Under the pieces are notes generated by a model that did no database searches, was not told the DNA's origin, and saw only the letters and a program-made list of their open reading frames with translations. The position numbers and the translations under genes are program-made. Below are positions 1-10,731 of a stretch of DNA of 64,000 nucleotides, in pieces; position 1 is the first letter of the stretch; every line of letters starts with the position of its first letter. The DNA is from Polyangiaceae bacterium. GTDB lineage: Bacteria; Myxococcota_A; Polyangia; Polyangiales; Polyangiaceae. The stretch spans positions 320,001 through 384,000 of the forward strand of contig JANRKO010000006.1 in assembly GCA_033763455.1 (NCBI GenBank), given 5' to 3'.

Positions 1-386
1 TGCTTTTTGCTGGTGTATTTCTGGCAGTGCCCGGCACGCCGGTGCCTCCAGAGATGGCCCAGCAAGTTCAGGCGACGGCGCAGGAGCTTGCTAAGTACCT
101 GCAGCCGGTGCAGCTAGAAGGGTTGCGGCTCGTGGTGAAGAAATTCCTCGAAGACGGCGCCAAGGTGAACATCAAGCGCTGGAGTCAGGCTGCCGAGCTT
201 ACGGCGTGTCGCGCTGGGTTAGTGGTTTCGGGGGACCTTGATATCGCCAAGAAGATCTTGGCGGCGGAGCCTCAACTTCCAGGAGATCCGACCCCAGCAG
301 AGAAGCTCTCTGAGCTGCTCAAGTTCTCAACCAGCGAAGACTACTCCCAGATCCGCAAAGCTTTGGGTGTGGCCATTCAAGCTTAA
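1..386 (+). CDS. C-terminal end of a large myxobacterial TPR-type protein (5' partial)
   Basis: Frame appears open from the window edge; C-terminal motif W..AAELTACRAGL..SGDL..A / LLKFSTSEDY..IRKALG is also found in the 61515..63002 protein. Confidence 0.6.
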   Translation, partial: LFAGVFLAVPGTPVPPEMAQQVQATAQELAKYLQPVQLEGLRLVVKKFLEDGAKVNIKRWSQAAELTACRAGLVVSGDLDIAKKILAAEPQLPGDPTPAEKLSELLKFSTSEDYSQIRKALGVAIQA

Positions 387-569
387 CGTCACCTGCGCGT
401 TCGTGCGGGTCACGCTTAGGCGTGACTCGCCGTGCGTCCCGTTATTGAGTGCAGTGAAGGGCGCACGCCGTTAACGTGATTTGTTGACGCATGATCGGCG
501 GGCCCCCCGGGAGTAGACATCGGGGTCTGTTGGGAGGGGGCGGCGGGAGCTTCTGCAGTTACAGGCTAG

Positions 570-1226
570 CTACTTGCGTGATGTGGTTGTGAGGCCGACC
601 CGAAGGCCGCCGAGCAATCGAAAGTGGGCCGCTCCCTCGGAACCATCGCTCGGAACAGTTTGGTTCTGGCCGACCGTAAGTTCTGCGAATGGGCCAAGGA
701 GTATCGAGCTACCTAGGTACCAATCGGCTCCGAGCCCCAGGCGAGCCCATTCGGGACCCGAGAAGCTCAGCTCCGTGCCGGTGACTTTCACCGACGTGAA
801 GCTGTAACCCATACCAAAGGAAGCCCAAGGATCTAGGCGGGTACCCTGCGTTAGACGATAAGTAACGCTCGGGCCAAAGGCTACGCTGTGCCCTGAGCAT
901 CCTGAGCAGCTGGATGGCGCTGAATATTCGTCCCAGTGCCCCCAAAGCCCTAGCGCTACGTCACGGCTAAGGCCGTATAATGCTTCGCCCCCGATACTCG
1001 GGCCCGAGCCGAGGGAGCGCCGAACGGCTTTGCCCTCGCTCAATTCACCCCAAACATCGACCCAACTTGCACTCGCAAAAAGTTGGAGAGATTGCGACAA
1101 CGTATCGGGTGCATCAGGGATTTCCACCTGCTCCGCCTCGGCCGCCGAGCCCTCAGCCCATGCGGTTGACGTTGTGCCAAGAACAGCGGCAAGACTGAGG
1201 AAGGTTGCCGCGGAGGGTTTTAACAT
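570..1226 (-). CDS. Secreted protein, probably a small outer-membrane beta-barrel
   Basis: Signal peptide ending STAWA; alternating aromatic/Gly beta-strand pattern; TATAGT 7 nt before the ATG. Confidence 0.55.
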   Translation of the reverse strand: MLKPSAATFLSLAAVLGTTSTAWAEGSAAEAEQVEIPDAPDTLSQSLQLFASASWVDVWGELSEGKAVRRSLGSGPSIGGEALYGLSRDVALGLWGHWDEYSAPSSCSGCSGHSVAFGPSVTYRLTQGTRLDPWASFGMGYSFTSVKVTGTELSFSGPEWARLGLGADWYLGSSILLGPFAELTVGQNQTVPSDGSEGAAHFRLLGGLRVGLTTTSRK

Positions 1227-1334
1227 GGGCGGGACTATATCAAAGGGCGATCGCGACACTAGCTCGGTTCCAAGGGTTAGGTATTACCCTACACAATTCG
1301 CGCAACTTCCCCCAGCGTGCGCCGAACTGAGGCC

Positions 1335-2651
1335 ATGCAATCCCATGATCCGCCTCCGAGCGAGGCTTGCCCCAACACTTTGGAGCTCAACCATTCTGGA
1401 CGCAAAGGACCCTGGATCCTCCAGCTGGGCGGGGTCGGGGGCGACTCCGCACGTTTGCTAGAGGTCGGCCGCACTTTGACCCTAGGAACCTCACTAGTCG
1501 CAGACATCCGCGTTAACGATCCTACGGTGAGTGCTCGGCACTGTACGCTGGAGGTCACGCATCTAGGCGTCGAAGTACGCGACCTCGATTCGACCAACGG
1601 GACGTTCGTCGGCTCAGCACGTGTGGGCAGAGCGCTGCTTACCAAGGCCGAATCAGTAGTGGTGGTCGGACGCACGACGTTGGCGTTTTATCCACCGGGA
1701 AGCTCCGACAAAGTCGAGGAAGTCGAGCCGATACCTGGCATGGTGGGTAGGAGCCCCGCGATGCAGCGCTTGTACCGGGAGTTGCGGCAGTTTGCGGGGA
1801 GGCGCGGGAATATCTTGCTTCAGGGGGAATCGGGCAGTGGTAAGGAAGTTGTGGCCCACGCGATCCACCGCTTGAGTGGGCGTTCGGGTGAATTCGTTGC
1901 TCAGAACGCCTCGTGCTTGCCCGAAGCTCTAGCGGATGCAACGTTGTTCGGCTCGCGAAAGGGTGCATTTACGGGTGCATTGGCGGACCGCCCGGGGGTC
2001 TTTCAAGCCGCGGATCGGGGGACGCTGTTTCTGGACGAAGTGGTGGACCTGTCGTTGGCGGTCCAATCCAAGCTCTTAAGAGCCGTGGAGGAGGGAGCTG
2101 TCCGACCGGTGGGAGGTGTCGCTTCGGTTCAGCTCGACGTGAGGCTGGTGTCTGCCTGCTGGGCGGATTTAGAAGAACGGGTGCGAGCGGGGGCCTTTCG
2201 TTCGGATCTTTTCTATCGGATAGCGACCACCGTGATCCGCGTACCCTCGCTTCGGGAACGCAAGGCAGATATCGCGGACCTCAGCTCCGTCTTGCTCAAG
2301 CGCCGGCTGAGCGATCTTGGACCCAAACGACTCAGTTCCGATGCCCTGGCGCGCCTCGTGGACTACGGGTGGCCGGGTAATGTGCGCGAGCTCGATAATG
2401 TAGTTTACGCGGCCGCCGTGCGTGCTCCCACCGAGAGCATCTCGGCGAGCCATATACAACTTCCGAAGATCCAACGCGTTTCGCGTCATCCAGATTCTGC
2501 AATTAACCGAAAGCCGTCAGATTTTAGAGCTCTCTTGGACCAAAATTCTGGGAATATGAGTGCTGCAGCACGTGCCGCAGGGCTCCCACGTAGCACGTTT
2601 CGAGCACGCCTGATGCGGCGCCTGAACGAGGGCCCTGCCGATGGGGGTTAA
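1335..2651 (+). CDS. FHA-domain sigma54-dependent enhancer-binding protein
   Basis: FHA motifs VSARH and DLDSTNGT; Walker A GESGSGKE; GAFTGA; FLDEV; WPGNVREL; C-terminal HTH. Confidence 0.92.
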   Translation: MQSHDPPPSEACPNTLELNHSGRKGPWILQLGGVGGDSARLLEVGRTLTLGTSLVADIRVNDPTVSARHCTLEVTHLGVEVRDLDSTNGTFVGSARVGRALLTKAESVVVVGRTTLAFYPPGSSDKVEEVEPIPGMVGRSPAMQRLYRELRQFAGRRGNILLQGESGSGKEVVAHAIHRLSGRSGEFVAQNASCLPEALADATLFGSRKGAFTGALADRPGVFQAADRGTLFLDEVVDLSLAVQSKLLRAVEEGAVRPVGGVASVQLDVRLVSACWADLEERVRAGAFRSDLFYRIATTVIRVPSLRERKADIADLSSVLLKRRLSDLGPKRLSSDALARLVDYGWPGNVRELDNVVYAAAVRAPTESISASHIQLPKIQRVSRHPDSAINRKPSDFRALLDQNSGNMSAAARAAGLPRSTFRARLMRRLNEGPADGG

Positions 2652-2689
2652 CTCGTACGGTCGAGATTGAGCCCGGCAACCGTGGAGGC

Positions 2690-3841
2690 TTAGAAGGAGC
2701 CGCTCACGCTCAACCCAGCATACGAAGGGCCTACGCTCGGAGTCACGGTGACGTGTTCCACGGGCGCCCAGCTTTTTGCGGCGACGGCTTCGCTGTCATC
2801 GCTGTGCGATGTGTCGACGACGTAGTAGATAACCGTGCCGACAGCCGCGGCGCCGCCGAGCGAGAATCCGACGATGGAGGCGATCTTCATCGCATCTCCG
2901 TTGTTGACGTTGTCTTTGTAGATGTCGCACGCGTGTTTGTAGTCGTTGGCTCGTGCGGGGCCCCGCTGCGCCGAGATGTCCCCAATTCGGGTGCAAATCC
3001 CACTGGGAGGCTCCATGTCCTTCTTGGCTTCATTTTCGATCAGCACAGCCGTTTCGTCAGCGTGGGCGTAGCTCGATTTGGAGGCCAAAGAAAAAGCTAT
3101 GCCGCCGCCGATGCCCCCAACTGCGAGCCCCGTGGTAAGCCAAGCTACTGGGTGAGTAGCGAACCAGTGCCCGACGTTTTTGGAGCTCTCCTTCGCTTCC
3201 GCTTTGGGCGCTTCGGTGTGCTTGGCTGCTCCTCCGTCGTCGGTTGCTCCGGGCAGCGCTTCTTCTCCTTCAGACTGGAGCTTTAGCGAGAGCTTAGTCG
3301 AGGTGCTATCTCCAGCCTCCACGCTGATGGTGGAGGTAACTTCTTTTCCAGCCTTGCGCGCGGTGAGCGTGTGCGAACCGGGCACAAGATAGATGGGGCC
3401 AGGAAGCGGAGATGTTCCGCGTGCTTTGCCGTCGACCAATATATCCGCGTCCGCTTCATCGACGTTGACGGTGACTTCCGCCACCATGCGTTTGGCGTCG
3501 AATAACCCAGTGGTAGCAGCTTGGCGTTCCTCGGCTCTGGCTTCCTTGGCCGTCCGCAGATATTCGGAGAAATGATCCGCCGCGTCCGCCTCGTGACCCG
3601 AGCGAAGTTCGCTTTGCGCCAGATTCAGGAGCACTGCAGGATGCTTCTTGAGAGCATACGCTTGGAGAAAGGCAGCCCGGGCTTTTGTGAATTGCTTGGC
3701 ATCAAAGAAGTCAATGCCTTCCTTGAAGCGCTGGCGGGCCATCTCGACCGTAGGGTCGTCGTCCTGGGCCCACACGGGCCGCGCGGAAAGAGCGATGCAC
3801 AGCCCACACAAAATCAGGACTAGGTAGCGAAGTTGCGTCAT
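2690..3841 (-). CDS. TPR + PEGA domain secreted protein
   Basis: Signal peptide; TPR helices (ARQRFKEGI..F..AYAL); PEGA-like ADILVDG..PG.H.LTARKAG; C-terminal GLSVSGSF. Confidence 0.75.
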   Translation of the reverse strand: MTQLRYLVLILCGLCIALSARPVWAQDDDPTVEMARQRFKEGIDFFDAKQFTKARAAFLQAYALKKHPAVLLNLAQSELRSGHEADAADHFSEYLRTAKEARAEERQAATTGLFDAKRMVAEVTVNVDEADADILVDGKARGTSPLPGPIYLVPGSHTLTARKAGKEVTSTISVEAGDSTSTKLSLKLQSEGEEALPGATDDGGAAKHTEAPKAEAKESSKNVGHWFATHPVAWLTTGLAVGGIGGGIAFSLASKSSYAHADETAVLIENEAKKDMEPPSGICTRIGDISAQRGPARANDYKHACDIYKDNVNNGDAMKIASIVGFSLGGAAAVGTVIYYVVDTSHSDDSEAVAAKSWAPVEHVTVTPSVGPSYAGLSVSGSF

Positions 3842-3887
3842 CTGGAGCGTCGGGAGTCTATCCGCTTGGTAATGAAAAGACAGGCTG

Positions 3888-5249
3888 TCAGAACGGATTG
3901 TCACGAACAATGGCCGGGCTCTTCGGGGGCGCCGCGGGTGCTTTCTGAGGTGGCGCTTTGGACTCGGCGGGACGTTTAGCAGGCGGCCGCGCAGGCCTCA
4001 CCGGGGCAGAAGCAGGCTGTTTCGCGGGCTTCTGGTTGGCCTTTCTGGAACCGGGCGATGGGCGATCCTTTGCCTCAGCAGGTGCGGGAGCTTCTGCGGG
4101 CTCGTCAGTGCTAGGTGGGGGCGGCGCTGGGGCTGCCTCGGGCGGTGCTTGGGGGGCCTCTTTTTCTGAGGCGACTTTCTCTGGCTCAGCTACGGGTGAG
4201 GTTGCCGCCGCGACGCCCTCGCTTCGACTAGCGGTTGCCGCCGCATCGTCTTTGGGATCGCTGTTGCCACCCAGCATCAGTGCGCCCACCACGACCACGA
4301 CAAGCGCGACACCGGCGACGATGACCATCGTTCGCTTGGATTGCGGGCGCATGTTCGGCACGTCGTCGGCCTGGAAGGCAGGGGCCGTTGGGCGCACTGG
4401 TATGGCAGCTGGCATTGCTGCGTTGAAGGCCGGCACCGACCTTGCCACGCTCGGCTCTACCATCACGCTGGGAAGGTTCGTCGGCGGAGGTGCACTCGCG
4501 GGCTTCTCTTGGAGAACCTGTACTTGCACTTGCATGGGCGCGGGCGGAGAGGAGCCGACCGGGGCTGGGTTCGCGCCTGGGACCTCGCTGTTCTTGGATG
4601 TGGCCGCCCCAGGTGATGTGGCCGCCTGCGCGGTGGTAACGGCCTCTTGCGCGGGTGGCGTTGACTGGGCGGAGGTAACGGCCTCTTGCGCGGGTGTAGC
4701 TGTTGCGGGGGGGGCACTCGTGATTGGAATCACCGGCGGCAGGACCACCGGCGCCATTCCGAGGAGTGTTTGCTTGGGCGCAGGACGGACACTTGCTTTC
4801 GGGGCGAGAGCAACTTTTTCAGACGCGACATCTGCTAATGGAGGCGGTGCCGGAACGGATACCGGCCTAGGGGCGGCGGGCTGCGCTGTGGCCGGTGTGG
4901 GAACCGCTGGAGCGGGGGCAGCCGTGGGAGCTAAGCCAGCCGCTGGTGCGGGGCTCAAGGGGAGAATCGATACCGGGCCAATTCCCCTCGGCGTAATGTC
5001 CTGCGGGCGTGGCGCGAGCGGGCCGGCGGGGTAAGAGTCGGGGCGTTTGCTTGGTAGGCTCGGGGTTGGCGCGGGCACGGCAGCCTCTGACGCTTTGGCC
5101 TTGGCCACGGGCTCTGCCTTGGACGATTTTTCCCAGACTGCCTTGAACTGCCGCGCGAACGCTTCGGCTTCATCGGGGGTGAGCTCTTTTTCTCGCCGAA
5201 TTGGCTGCTTGCTGTCTGAAGAGGGGTTTTTGCCCGATGGATCGCCCAT
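3888..5249 (-). CDS. Pro/Ala-rich single-pass membrane protein
   Basis: Low-complexity Pro/Ala sequence, one TM (MVIVAGVALVVVVVGALML), C-terminal IVRDNPF of the kind often seen upstream of myxobacterial PEGA genes. Confidence 0.65.
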   Translation of the reverse strand: MGDPSGKNPSSDSKQPIRREKELTPDEAEAFARQFKAVWEKSSKAEPVAKAKASEAAVPAPTPSLPSKRPDSYPAGPLAPRPQDITPRGIGPVSILPLSPAPAAGLAPTAAPAPAVPTPATAQPAAPRPVSVPAPPPLADVASEKVALAPKASVRPAPKQTLLGMAPVVLPPVIPITSAPPATATPAQEAVTSAQSTPPAQEAVTTAQAATSPGAATSKNSEVPGANPAPVGSSPPAPMQVQVQVLQEKPASAPPPTNLPSVMVEPSVARSVPAFNAAMPAAIPVRPTAPAFQADDVPNMRPQSKRTMVIVAGVALVVVVVGALMLGGNSDPKDDAAATASRSEGVAAATSPVAEPEKVASEKEAPQAPPEAAPAPPPPSTDEPAEAPAPAEAKDRPSPGSRKANQKPAKQPASAPVRPARPPAKRPAESKAPPQKAPAAPPKSPAIVRDNPF

Positions 5250-5391
5250 TTTTTCCCGTTCCGCCGTTGCTGCCGAGGTGCTCGCACGGTACCGCGATTC
5301 GCGAGGGGCGGCAATGTAGCGGCCTCGTGAACACGTCACCCGAAAGTCGTCCAATCGCGCTAGGTAGGATTACAACCGACCACGCCCTTCG

Positions 5392-7020
5392 ATGACTCGA
5401 CTGCCACATGCCCTCCGCAAAGCTATTTGGTGCGCGATATTACTCGCAGGCGCGCAAGGCTGCGGCCGAAATTCTGGCCTCCCCAGTGAGAAGCAGTCAG
5501 CGGCACAAGCCTCCTCCTCCGCTGAAGCCTCCCGCATAGCGCGTCCGGATGGTGTTGCTCGCTCGGCCGAGCTCGCGGCCAAAGGGGCCAGAAGCCCCGG
5601 CAAGGAAGGTGCACGGCTGTTGGTGGAGGCCGCGCGCCTCCGAGCCGGCTACTTTCGGACTGAACACAACCGGGCAGACGCGCTCGAAGCGATTGCACTC
5701 TACAAGGAGGCGTCTAGTCGGGCATGGGAAGGTGCGTGCCTTGCACGACTGGATGGGATCCTACTCGAAGCCGAACTTCAGCCGGAACCGGCGGCTGCGT
5801 ACCGGGAGCTCGCATCGCTCGATACGTCAGGCAACGCGGTATGTCAGGAGCAGGTGGAGCGTGTCAAGAGCAAGCTCTCCGCCTACGCGGACGTCAAGAA
5901 GGATGCTGATACGTTGCAGAAGCAGACCGTTTTGAGCGCCTCGGGCAAGCTGATGGGGGGAGCGCCACAAGCCAACAGCCTTCGGAACCATGGCAGCGCG
6001 CTCATCACTCAGATCCACCGTTACGGAGCGAAAGATGCGGCACGTATTGTAGTGGAACTTTCTGATCCGGTGGCTTTTGAAGTAGGTACTCTAAAAGGGG
6101 AGGCCGGGGCTCCGGGGCCAAGAGTATTTGTGGATATCCCTAGAGCCGAATACCGCGGAGAGCCTACGTTTGAGGTTGGCGGAGTGGTGCGGCGTTTGCG
6201 CATCGGGGCGCGCGCTTCGGGTATCCGTATTGTTTTGGACCTTGAGTCGGAAGTTTATCAGAAGGTGTTCTATCTGCCTGAGCCGTTTCGCTTGATCATC
6301 GACGTGGCGACTCGTTCCCCGCGCTTGGTGGCGCAAGGCGAAGGTCCGCGCCCGATTCGTCGCGTTGTTTTGGATCCGGGCCACGGTGGCCATGACCCTG
6401 GCGCCACGGGCCCTTCCGGCCTGCGCGAGAAGGACGTGACGCTTGATATCGCGCGCCGCGCGGCCCCGCTCATTGCTGAGGAATTGGGCATAGCCACGCT
6501 CCTTACGCGCGACTCGGACACGTACGTGGCGCTCGACGAACGTACGGCCAAAGCCAACGCTTTCAATGCTGACGCGTTCGTCTCGATTCACTGCAACGCG
6601 ACCGAAGATGGTCACAGCGACGGCGTGATGACGTTTGTTTTGGACGCGTCCAAGGACGCCTTCGCGACCCGCATTGCGGCGCGTGAAAACTCTGCGTCTG
6701 TGGCGGCGGCTTCCGAACTTGCCACGGCCATGAGCGGCGAGGCAGATACCGAGGTGATGGCTCTGAGTACGCATCTTGCCACGTTGCTGCAGCGTGCAAC
6801 GGTGGTTTCGCTTGAACCTGGCTATGGCAAGGTGGTGGACCACGGAGTGAAACGCGCGGGCTTCTACGTGCTGGCGGGCGCCCACATGCCGGCTGTGCTT
6901 TTTGAGGCGTCGTTCATTTCTAACCCGACCGGCGAAGTGCACCTCAACACGGCTGACTACCGACAGAAGCTCGCGGATGGGATCGTGAACGCAGTGCGGG
7001 CGTTTCGCGACGGGCGCTAG
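5392..7020 (+). CDS. N-acetylmuramoyl-L-alanine amidase (AMIN + Amidase_3), probable lipoprotein
   Basis: VVLDPGHGGHDPGA, EKDVTL, FVSIHCNA, MPAVLFEASFISN; AMIN-like RLIIDV; possible lipobox AQGC. Confidence 0.92.
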   Translation: MTRLPHALRKAIWCAILLAGAQGCGRNSGLPSEKQSAAQASSSAEASRIARPDGVARSAELAAKGARSPGKEGARLLVEAARLRAGYFRTEHNRADALEAIALYKEASSRAWEGACLARLDGILLEAELQPEPAAAYRELASLDTSGNAVCQEQVERVKSKLSAYADVKKDADTLQKQTVLSASGKLMGGAPQANSLRNHGSALITQIHRYGAKDAARIVVELSDPVAFEVGTLKGEAGAPGPRVFVDIPRAEYRGEPTFEVGGVVRRLRIGARASGIRIVLDLESEVYQKVFYLPEPFRLIIDVATRSPRLVAQGEGPRPIRRVVLDPGHGGHDPGATGPSGLREKDVTLDIARRAAPLIAEELGIATLLTRDSDTYVALDERTAKANAFNADAFVSIHCNATEDGHSDGVMTFVLDASKDAFATRIAARENSASVAAASELATAMSGEADTEVMALSTHLATLLQRATVVSLEPGYGKVVDHGVKRAGFYVLAGAHMPAVLFEASFISNPTGEVHLNTADYRQKLADGIVNAVRAFRDGR

Positions 7021-7167
7021 GGCTATTAGAAGCCCCCCGGCCCTCGGCTGGCCTCAATCGTCGCCCCGCAAGCTTTCGGGCGATTGACCCACTGACCCCG
7101 CGTACTTATGCTGGGTGGCCGTATTTGGCCCCTGAGCCAGACGTTCACCCAACCTGCCAAGAGAGAC

Positions 7168-7530
7168 ATGACCAAGGCACAACTGAAGAAGTTTAAAGAG
7201 CTCCTTGAGGCCAAGCGTCTAGACATTGCAAAGCGTGCCCAGCAAACGCTCGAGCAAGACATGGCGCTAGACGTGGATGATCTTCCCGACGAAATGGACC
7301 TGGCGTCGAGCGAGTACTTGCAGGCCTTCACCTTTCGGCTCCGGGGTAGGGAGAAAGTCTTCCTCGACAAGATCCAACAAGCCTTGCAACGCATTGAGGA
7401 CGGCACGTTCGGCGTGTGCGAGGAATGCAGCGAGCGTATTTCCATCAAACGGCTCGAGGCGCGCCCTGAGACGACGCTCTGCATCCGCTGCAAAGAGGAT
7501 CAGGAGCGCGTCGAAAAAGACTTCGGCTGA
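7168..7530 (+). CDS. dksA: DksA/TraR family C4 zinc-finger protein
   Basis: PDEMDLAS coiled-coil tip; CEEC...RLEARP...CIRC. Confidence 0.88.
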   Translation: MTKAQLKKFKELLEAKRLDIAKRAQQTLEQDMALDVDDLPDEMDLASSEYLQAFTFRLRGREKVFLDKIQQALQRIEDGTFGVCEECSERISIKRLEARPETTLCIRCKEDQERVEKDFG

Positions 7531-7596
7531 GGGTTGCTTCCTAGGGGGAAAATTGGCCGCTCTCGGCCGGGGGGAGGCGCCTGAAGCCGGCGATCT

Positions 7597-10533
7597 TTAT
7601 CGGGCTTTCTTCTTTGGGGTACCCGGTTTCGGTGTACTCCCTGGTGCGCTCGGAGGTTGGCTCGCCAAGGTGGGTGGGGCGGATTCGTCGACGATCCCTC
7701 CGAGAGCCAGCTTGAGATAGGTCCCAGTATGGCTTTGAGCATTGGCGGCAAGCATTTCCGGCGGGCCTTCTCCCACCACGAAGCCTCCGCCGTCGCCCCC
7801 TTCTGGGCCCATGTCGATCACCCAATCTGAGCACGCGATGAGATCGATGTTGTGCTCGATGATCAAGATAGAGTTGCCCGCGTCGCGTAGGTCAAATAAC
7901 GCCCGTGTGAGCAGCTCAATGTCTTGGAAGTGTAGCCCGGTGGTCGGTTCATCCAAGACATAGAGTGTCTGCCCAGTCGCCTTGCGCGCGAGTTCGCTAG
8001 CGAGCTTCACGCGCTGAGCTTCCCCACCCGACAACGTGGTGGCCGCTTGCCCAAGTTGAATATACCCGAGCCCTACTTGCAGCAGGGCGACCAGGCGCTG
8101 GGCGATTCTGGGGACGGGCTCAAAAATCTTAGCGGCATCTTCCACCGTAAGTTCCAGCGCATCGGCAATGGAGAGCCCTCGGTACTTCACCTCCAAGGTT
8201 TCCCGATTGTAACGCCTGCCGTTACACGTATCGCAGGTTACGTAGACGTCGGGAAGGAAGTGCATTTCGATGCGCAAGACGCCGTCCCCCTGGCAAGCTT
8301 CACAGCGGCCCCCCTTGACGTTGAAGGAGAACCGCCCGGGCTTGTAGCCGCGTGCGCGTGCATCAGGAAGCCCCGCGTAAAGCTCACGGAGATGCGTAAA
8401 AATGCCGGTGTAAGTGGCGGGGTTCGAGCGCGGGGTTCGACCAATGGGTGCCTGATCGATGCTGATAACCTTATCGATAAACTCAAAGCCACGTATCGCT
8501 TCGCAAGCTCCCACCGAGCCACTTGCACCGTACAGCCGTGCACGTGCCGCGCTAAGGAGAGTGTCGACGATGAGGCTGCTTTTCCCAGAGCCAGAAACGC
8601 CCGTCACTGAAGTGAGGAGACCGAGGGGGATGCTCACGCTGACGTTCTTAAGATTGTTCGCGGAGGCTCCCACGATGCGGAGGCTCTTTTCCCCCGGCAC
8701 ACGACGTGGCCCCGGTGCCTGGAGAGTTCGTTCCCCAGAAAGATAGGGGCCGGTGACGGAGAGCGGATCCCGAGTGATGTCCTCGGGCGCTCCCTGGCTT
8801 ACGATCCGACCGCCATGAGCGCCTGCGCGCGGTCCCATATCGACCACGTAGTCTGCTGCTAGAATCGCCTCGCGATCGTGCTCCACCACGAGCACGCTAT
8901 TGCCTTTTTCCACCAACCGGCGAAGGGCGCCGAGCAGGCGCGCGTTGTCCCGGGCATGTAGCCCCACACTCGGTTCATCCAAGACATAAAGCACCCCCAC
9001 CAAGGATGCTCCGATCTGGGTGGCCAAGCGGATGCGTTGCCCCTCGCCGCCGGAAAGTGAATGCGCCGGTCGGTCAAGCGAAAGGTAATCGAGCCCTACA
9101 TCCAACAGAAATCCAAGGCGCTCAGTCATGGCGCGCAATAGAGGCACGGCAATCGCGTTGTCCTTAGCCTGTGGGAATTGCTGCTCCCCGAAGGTTCTTA
9201 GGAGTTCGCGGAGAGCTCCAAGTGGCATGGAGCACAAATCGGCGATCGTCTTTTTGGCAATCTTCACGGCCAATGCTTCTGGTCGGAGACGTGCGCCATG
9301 ACACGCGTCGCAGGTTTGAGAAATGATGAAGCGCCCTAGATCGTCCGGACCTATCGTGCCATCACTCGGATCGTGTTCTTCCCCTTCAAGCCATTGATCG
9401 TTCCGGCGCATGCGTTCTAGGCGAGGGAGCACGCCTTCGTACTCAACGCGCCGTTTACCCTTGGCCTTTGCGCTTTCCCCACCAACACCATGGAGCAACT
9501 GCTCACGCATACGTTCGGGTAGATCCTGCCAAGCGACGTCCGGATCGACGCCTAGAGCTTTCACTGCTTGGTCCACTTCGTGGGCCGTAGAAACGGACCC
9601 GCGGCGACCCAAAGCGGCAATCGCCCCTTCGCGCAAAGTTCTCGTCTTATCCGGCACCACGCGATCCGGATCGATCACTGAGTGGACGCCGAGACCGTCG
9701 CACTTTGGGCAAGCACCGTGAGGACTGTTAAACGAGAAAAGTCGTGGTTCAAGCGGGGGCAGCACGGCTCCGTGCTTCCAAGAAATCAGGCGCTCACTCA
9801 TGACGCGCGCCTCTGTGCCATCCATGTCGTCGATGAGGATCGTTCTGTCGCCCACGCTTAGGGCGAGCTCCACGGAATCGGTGATGCGTCCTTTGCTCCC
9901 TTCACGCACTACGATCCGGTCTACGACAACTTCGACATCGTGGAGAGCTTTGGGGTCCACGGCGAGCTCGTCACCCAACTCAAAGACAGCACCATCTACA
10001 CGGGCTCGTACGAATCCGTCCCGCCGTAGGCGTTCGAACTCAGCCTTGAAGTCACCTGGTTGTTGGCGCGCGATGGGTGCAAGCAGCGTCGCCTTGGCAC
10101 CGTCACCGCGAGCTAGGATGCTGTCTACCATCTCTTGCACCGTGTAAGCCCGGAGCACCTCGCCGGAGATGGGGCAATGGGGTGTGCCTACGCGGGCGTA
10201 CAATAAACGCAGATAATCGGCGATCTCCGTGACCGTACCAACCGTTGAACGCGGACTCTTGCCCAGCGCTTTCTGCTCAATGGCGATCGCAGGGCTCAAG
10301 CCCTCAATGCTTTCCACCTCGGGCTTCGGCAGCTGATCGAGGAACTGCCGGGCGTACGCGGAGAGTGACTCTACGTAGCGGCGCTGGCCCTCCGCGTAGA
10401 TGGTGTCAAACGCAAGGGAGGACTTTCCGGAACCACTCGGGCCCGTAAGTACGACTAGCCGATTCCGAGGGAGGGAACAGCTAACGTTCTGCAGGTTGTG
10501 TTGATTCGCCCCTCGGACGACGAGGTAATCCAT
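7597..10533 (-). CDS. uvrA: Excinuclease ABC subunit A
   Basis: GPSGSGKSSLAFDTIYAEGQRRYVESLS; two ABC domains (LSGGE); GRTPRSNPATY; CEACQGDG. Confidence 0.97.
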   Translation of the reverse strand: MDYLVVRGANQHNLQNVSCSLPRNRLVVLTGPSGSGKSSLAFDTIYAEGQRRYVESLSAYARQFLDQLPKPEVESIEGLSPAIAIEQKALGKSPRSTVGTVTEIADYLRLLYARVGTPHCPISGEVLRAYTVQEMVDSILARGDGAKATLLAPIARQQPGDFKAEFERLRRDGFVRARVDGAVFELGDELAVDPKALHDVEVVVDRIVVREGSKGRITDSVELALSVGDRTILIDDMDGTEARVMSERLISWKHGAVLPPLEPRLFSFNSPHGACPKCDGLGVHSVIDPDRVVPDKTRTLREGAIAALGRRGSVSTAHEVDQAVKALGVDPDVAWQDLPERMREQLLHGVGGESAKAKGKRRVEYEGVLPRLERMRRNDQWLEGEEHDPSDGTIGPDDLGRFIISQTCDACHGARLRPEALAVKIAKKTIADLCSMPLGALRELLRTFGEQQFPQAKDNAIAVPLLRAMTERLGFLLDVGLDYLSLDRPAHSLSGGEGQRIRLATQIGASLVGVLYVLDEPSVGLHARDNARLLGALRRLVEKGNSVLVVEHDREAILAADYVVDMGPRAGAHGGRIVSQGAPEDITRDPLSVTGPYLSGERTLQAPGPRRVPGEKSLRIVGASANNLKNVSVSIPLGLLTSVTGVSGSGKSSLIVDTLLSAARARLYGASGSVGACEAIRGFEFIDKVISIDQAPIGRTPRSNPATYTGIFTHLRELYAGLPDARARGYKPGRFSFNVKGGRCEACQGDGVLRIEMHFLPDVYVTCDTCNGRRYNRETLEVKYRGLSIADALELTVEDAAKIFEPVPRIAQRLVALLQVGLGYIQLGQAATTLSGGEAQRVKLASELARKATGQTLYVLDEPTTGLHFQDIELLTRALFDLRDAGNSILIIEHNIDLIACSDWVIDMGPEGGDGGGFVVGEGPPEMLAANAQSHTGTYLKLALGGIVDESAPPTLASQPPSAPGSTPKPGTPKKKAR

Positions 10534-10731
10534 TTAGGGTGCACACTAACCGAAGTCCCGTCCCTCACGGCTGCATTTTCGGGGGGACGCCAGGAGGTGC
10601 CGCTCTTGCGCCTATCTTCTTACCGTTCGCCCGGCCTTCTTCCGCATATGATCTGCGGCCGAGAGTTGCCCCCGAGAGGGGCATCGACTAGCGTCCGAGC
10701 CCCGTGCAACCGAGCCTACCAGGAATACCCG

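Noticed and set aside
3958..5034. Long antisense ORFs (also opposite the amidase, metK and groEL genes)
   Set aside because: Shadow ORFs expected from high-GC codon bias opposite well-supported genes.
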